This document shows, in pieces, positions 58,545 through 64,000 of a stretch of DNA of 64,000 nt. A program made the position numbers and the translations under genes. The notes beneath the pieces are model-generated. The model was not told where the DNA came from, did not search any database, and saw nothing but the letters and a program-made list of their open reading frames with translations. Position 1 is the stretch's first letter, and each line of letters begins with the position of its first letter. This stretch comes from Elsinoe ampelina (taxonomy: Eukaryota). Where the stretch lies: the NCBI GenBank assembly GCA_010093995.1, contig ML992502.1, forward strand, positions 861,001 to 925,000, read 5' to 3'.

Positions 58545-59919
58545 GGTGAAATGATTCAAGTTTTGACGTCCTCGTTACCTCCAGGCGATAGATTCGTTAA
58601 GGAGTCTTCAACGCATCGAAGATCTTGATCTGAATATCCTGGATGGAGCACTTGCGGTCTCTGAGCTCCCCCCTACTGCCTTGAAGCAATCGCTTTTTAA
58701 ACGAGTGCTGCTGAATTACACGGTCGGATACTGGTCTCTGCCGAATCTAGCGCCTTAACTTCGAACTCAAGCTTGTTGATTGTCGTCTCCATGGAAGGTT
58801 AATAGCAGCATGTCGATTGAGATTCGACAGATTCCGAAATCACCAATTCTCAGAACAACTTCTGTGCGTGTAATGAAGATCTGCAGTCATCCATCGAGAC
58901 TTTGAGCACCCTCAGCTCAGTGGGACGGCAAGGACATCTTCAGCGGCCTTGGCGGTAATTGGCGAGGTATGATTGCTACACCATCACGTGGTACAACCAT
59001 CTTCCTGCCTTCTTGATTGGGTTCGAAGCAGTCTCTATTCAAGCCTTTCCTGTGCCTTAGTACGACCGAATATCAGATCGGGATAGAGCGTTCGGCGAGC
59101 GTTTCCAGCCTTGTCGTCACTCGGGGGATCCACGACAGTCTATGGAATCGCAACGTCGTCTGGCTCGCCATTCGGAGTGTCCTCTCACCTCTTCAATGCC
59201 AATCGTAGCCGAAGATGGACTTTCCAGAACCACCCATTTCCCCGAGAAGTGCGGTGGTTGAATTTTCGCCATCAAAGAACGTGCCGAAGTTGAACTCCCT
59301 ACTTCCAAGACGCAAGACGAGGCGGGTAACTCATCGCGGTGGTACTGGCGGCGTACCAAGACGAAGATTATGAGCATCTTCTGCTCAGCTTTGGAGCACT
59401 GCCGGACCGTCACCTCTACAAAATCCCTCGCAGCTTCTAGAGCCTGAAATACGTCAGTAAGCCGACTCAGATTGCAAGAGATACATTTTGCTGACCTGGA
59501 CCAAGCCTTTCGCGAAATTCATGATCTTCCCCAAATCCTCTCTCTGCAGAGTGATCTAGTGCCAGTCTCTGTACACAGACTCGATCCAATGTGTGAACGT
59601 GTAACCTGCACTCCTGACTTACACAAAGACTGGAGCCTGGAAAGCATGAGTGCCGGCTTCTGACGACTCTACTCGAGCTGGAAGGACCAATTGGTCTGCC
59701 AGGTCGACCCGGTTCCAACAAGTCAGTGAGCTCCAAATGTCACGTCCTATGAGAGAATAATGCTGTACATTGTGACGATTCGCCATCTGCGCCTATTCTA
59801 CCCGGTTTCCCAAATCCCATGTTCGCTGTTGGAAATGCATGCTCCAATGTGTGCACTAGCAAATGAGCTACTAGATCTCTGCGATTACTAGATAAATCGT
59901 CCATCACGTCAGGTCTTGC

Positions 59920-62540
59920 TCATTGAGCTACGCTCTTTCCACCGTCCTGCGTTGGGAGAACGTGGACATCTTTGATCGCCTTGTCGTCTTCCTTGATTGC
60001 ACCGTTATGGTTACTGGGCTCGAGGTCGTCGAATACTGGCCCACTGCTGGAGCTCCCTCCACTGTCGCCCCTCTCGCGAGTTTCGACGTTACCATGGACT
60101 TTTGCATCGTCGGGCTTGAGGTGTGTATCGTTCGTGGAAGGCGTCGTTGTTGAGACCGCATTCTCATTGTGCTCGGCTTGGTGCTCAGCCTTCTCTTCCT
60201 CGCCGATCATAGCTGCGAGACTGCGAAAGTTGAACATCGATTCGGTAGCCGTACCTCCAGATGTAGGCGGTGTTCCCGACTTTGCATCGCTGGTCCCTGG
60301 CATGTCCAATCCGCTAGCGGCTGGGGAAACGCCTAGTGCCGACTCATTTCTGTAGCTACCAGGAGCTGAGTCGAGGACTGAAGAAGCCACAGAAGACGCT
60401 CCGGAGAACTGACGATGATGACCTCTCAATCCACCTTCCTTGGGCACCGGCAATGATATGGGTTGGGAGGGCTGGGACAGGTTCGCGCGGCTTTCTTCTA
60501 GATGTCGCTGGGCGCTTTCCGCTGTCCTCACGTCGGTCTTGCTACTCTCCCTATTGAGCGTTGATGTAGGCTCATCGAGTGGGTTAAAACCCATGATCCC
60601 GGTCGCAGGTGCTTTGCCCTTGCCTGGAGGAAGCGGACTTGCTGTTCCAGAAGTATATCCAAGATTACTTGTCGATCGTGTCATAGACGCTGTCGCCCAA
60701 GTCGATGTGCTCTGGTTGGCACTTGTAGCGTACAGACTTCCTGCCTTTTCTGCCTTCTTCGCTGCCTTATCAGCCTTTTTCTGTGCTTTGGCTTCTTCTT
60801 TTGCACGCTTTTTGGCATCTTTGGCTGCCTCCTTTTCTTCCTTGCGCTTACGTTCTTCTTCCGCCGCTAGTGACAATCGGATGGCCTCCATCATCATGAG
60901 ATCTTCCAGGTCGTCAACTCTGTTCCGACGACCAAGAGGTCTCTGTGGTCCTTCGCTGTCACTCTGATTTGCGCCTCCATCGGGCCTGCCCAGGAATGCG
61001 CTTAGACTGACCCCCTCAGGAATGCCAGGTTGAGGGCCGCCCGACGAGCCTTCGCCAAAGAGTCTGCGCCTGCGACCGAATGCTCTCAAATCGATATTCT
61101 GAGTGTTGCCCAACACGTATGCAGCATTATGTAAAGCTGTGGCCGCTGCAGATCTTCGCAAGGCATGTGCACGAGCGTCTGCTAGCTTTTTGGCCCAATC
61201 TGGTCGTACCCTGTCTGTTGTAACCACTGTCTTATCGGTGGCTGATAGAGAAGTTGTTCTTCGTCTTGAACCCATTGATCCGAGCGACGTGGAGGACGAC
61301 ATGGCTGAAGCGGCGGATGCCAACGGATGCGATCCACCAGCATAAGCCAGTCCTCGCCTGAAAGGAGGAGGTTCGTACGTGACGCCAAATTCAGGAGTGG
61401 CGCAATAAGGACAAGCCGAAGGTTCCGACACCAGCAGTCCTTCCTCTTCCGGCTTTGGTTCTGGATTTGGGTTGCTGGGATCTTCATGATGCTCGGGTGG
61501 ATGTGGATCTGGTCGCTTGATCTGAACAAAGCACTCGGAACAGATTGGCTGATCGCAACATCGTGTTCTGTTCAAGTATGGCGGATAGTAGAGAAAGCAG
61601 ATAGGACATTCCTGAGCGTCCTTGTACAGATATGCTTCCAGCGGCTGACCATTGACATTTGGATCTCGTGGTAATTGAATTTCCTGTGGTGTCATTTGGA
61701 CATTCGAGTTTGAGCGAGAAGCTGACGTGAGAGATGCGAGAGTCTTTGCTCTTCCCCGAAACAGATTCATTCCACCAGAAGGAGGCGATGTGGGTGATGC
61801 AGGACTGGACGTGGAAAAGGCTGGATGTGATGCAGAAAGGTTGGTAGAAATGTCAGACTGGTTAGAGATGGATCTGGAGGTGATTGGTATGGTCAATTTG
61901 TTGACTTCGGCTTCGGTAGGTCCGGTCTCTGCATTTGTCGTCTCTGAAGGTGTACGTTGTAGCTCTGGGGGTATTTCATCTGCGGCGGGGATTGGGAGGC
62001 CTCTCGCCGCAGCGATGAGCTGATATTCTGTCCATGAGTCTTTGTGATCGTTTAATCCTCTCCAGAAAGGAGCCAGTCGTCGTTCAACCTATACTTTATG
62101 AGACACAATCCTGCCTGATAAATGAGCCTACTCACTTGGAGTTGTCTGACTATCGCTTTACTGAAATCTTCCGTGCCAGTATATGTACCCAACGTCACGA
62201 GATATCCGCCATCGACATGCTCCTCCTTCAGACTCCGCTCCCTGTCCTTTTCCCTAGCTATGCGCTCTTTCTCCAACCTCCTAGCTTCCCTCTCTTGTTT
62301 TGTCTCTCGAGGCCGATCTTCCCTGGTGATGTCCCGCTCACTCAGACCCAGCGAGTTGAGAAAGTGAAGGTCGGGCCTACTGTTACTCCTGCCGACTCTT
62401 GACGGTGTACTGCCAGAGGTATATCGAAATACGGCCGAAGGTGTTATTGTATCGATTGGCTCTGACGTGCTCACATTTCGAAGGCTACCCGGCCTGGACC
62501 GCTGCTGGCCTCTTGACTCTTTGGTGGAGCTGTTGCCCAT
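59920..62540 (-). CDS. SIP5: Snf1-interacting protein Sip5 (RING-like)
   Basis: MGNSSTK myristoylation-type start, [53 protein letters not shown]. Intron 62135-62089. Confidence 0.93.
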
Positions 62541-63665
62541 GATGTGTTGGTGCGGCGCACTTAACGAAAGATGGCGGGGGTCTTGTCGAACATGCTTGGA
62601 CGGAACAGGGCGGAAGTGAAGGTGGTAGTAAGTTTCGTCGTACAAGAGTGATTGACTGATTGGTGCCTGAGTTGAATAGCTTGTGTGTCGCGTGGGCGTG
62701 GAAAGCTTGAGCTTAGTATATAGCAGGTCAAAGTGACGCAGGCATGGTTCAAATCAGCCCCAACACAACGCCGGCTGTGGGATGTACTCTTGTACTGCGC
62801 TGAGAATAGATGGCTGACACGTGAGAATCAATGGACGTAGAGAGCTGGACCTGAGACGGCAGGGACTGTGTGAGAAAGGCGAACCGGATCACGACCGTTG
62901 ACGAACCAAAGTATGGCGAGCTGGACGATAGTAGGTGGTGTATTCAAGGTTGCTCCACGTTCATTATTGAGAGCGATTGTCGGCTGCCCTGCTTTCCTGC
63001 TTCAGGTTGCTGCCACTCTGTGGCTTCGCGGCGGGTCCCACTAAATGTGGAGGCTTCCAATGCCGTTGCGCAAACCTCCGGGCCTGTCTAAGGCATTGAC
63101 GGATTTGGGTATTGCAGATTCACAGTCACACTGATCTCAGAATGTGTAGATGAATGGTCACCGCTCGCTGTCGACGATTTCTATCTTTTGCTTGAGAAAC
63201 GCTATACAGACCGCATCCGTCAGTCACATCAGGCGTGCATGTACAATCACATTTATCCGTGAGGCTCAAGCTATGGGCAATTAGGGCCAACGCCCCGGGG
63301 CAATACAATCCGTTGCAGGATGCTGCTGCCGCCAGAATCTTCATTCAGTCCCAATACCAATACCGGCATTCCCATCTATCCAATTCGATACAAAGCATGC
63401 ACAAGAAGTGACGAGCTTTTCTGATGGAATAAATCCTCCAGGTAACAAGCGCATTGATTGCGACAATGTCCAATATAACCAAGAAGAGTCTACCAAGTAC
63501 GGACAAGCGAGATGACATGCCGAGTGCCTGTCCAGGCGATAGTGATAGCGGTTGATAGGTATATGTGTTTTGTGGGTATATGATCCGCTTGGAAACAATG
63601 ATGATGATGACCATGTGTCGAGTCTCGTAGCCATGCCGTCGTGATACAGATGATTTTCATGAAGG

Positions 63666-64000
63666 TCACCGGACGGGAATATCGCTGTTCGGTGCTGCAA
63701 GATCCTCCGGCGGTGGACTGGCTGCAGGGGTGAGCAGTGCTGAGTCTGCGACCACGTCGACCTCGGGCCTTGTCGCCTTGACCTTCCTGTTCACGTAGCC
63801 AGGATCCGGGCTCGGCCATGCATAGTCGAGGTACTCAGCAAGGTGCTCCTGAATACCATCTGCCATGATTTGAATGGCATGCTTGCGGTTCAGACTCCAT
63901 TCGTGATCACGCTCCCATCTGCCGGCAAGCCGGGCAATCTCCTTACCGTTCTCGAGACCATCGAGAATTGACCTCCACACCTGTAGTGTCTTCTCCAGCT
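63666..64000 (-). CDS. 3' end of a hypothetical gene entering from the window edge
   Basis: Frame is open from 64000 to TGA at 63666 with protein-like composition. Confidence 0.55.
   Translation of the reverse strand, partial: LEKTLQVWRSILDGLENGKEIARLAGRWERDHEWSLNRKHAIQIMADGIQEHLAEYLDYAWPSPDPGYVNRKVKATRPEVDVVADSALLTPAASPPPEDLAAPNSDIPVR

Noticed and set aside
58560..59800. Short ORFs between the tRNA and SIP5
   Set aside because: No consistent frame, splice model or transposase/RT motif could be supported.
63126..63614. Small Cys-containing minus-strand ORFs as secreted effectors
   Set aside because: No clear signal peptide or gene structure; may be the 3' UTR of the edge gene.

Overview
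Gene-dense segment of a filamentous ascomycete (Pezizomycotina) nuclear chromosome with short 45-60 nt introns. A Dothideomycete origin is only my impression. It holds about 30 protein genes, mostly housekeeping or secretory-pathway: LYS2 3' end, guanine deaminase, HSM3-like, ZRG17-like, PIG-Y-domain, DUF3445, HAC1, SDR, NCB2, DID2, NmrA-like, GH2, alpha/beta-hydrolase, VCX1-like, GTB1, DPM3, BEM4-like, ARC15, Ish1, MFS, DAHP synthase, GOT1, VPS35, AKR, ADE12 and SIP5. Five signals are not visible in the ORF track. (1) A tRNA-Lys(UUU) at 58306-58522 forms a cloverleaf only after removing two GT-AG spliceosomal-type introns (D arm, variable loop) plus a normal anticodon-loop intron. (2) A gene at 30668-32444 has two in-frame TAG codons, candidates for A-to-I (UAG to Trp) stop-codon restoration. 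(3) A non-coding snoRNA host gene carries two intronic box C/D snoRNAs, and its last 3' splice site is shared palindromically with an intron of the antisense SDR gene. (4) HAC1 has its 20-nt Ire1 intron. (5) C-rich to G-rich strand-skew switches recur independently of gene orientation. All identifications are from reading the sequence and recalled family motifs; no database search was run.
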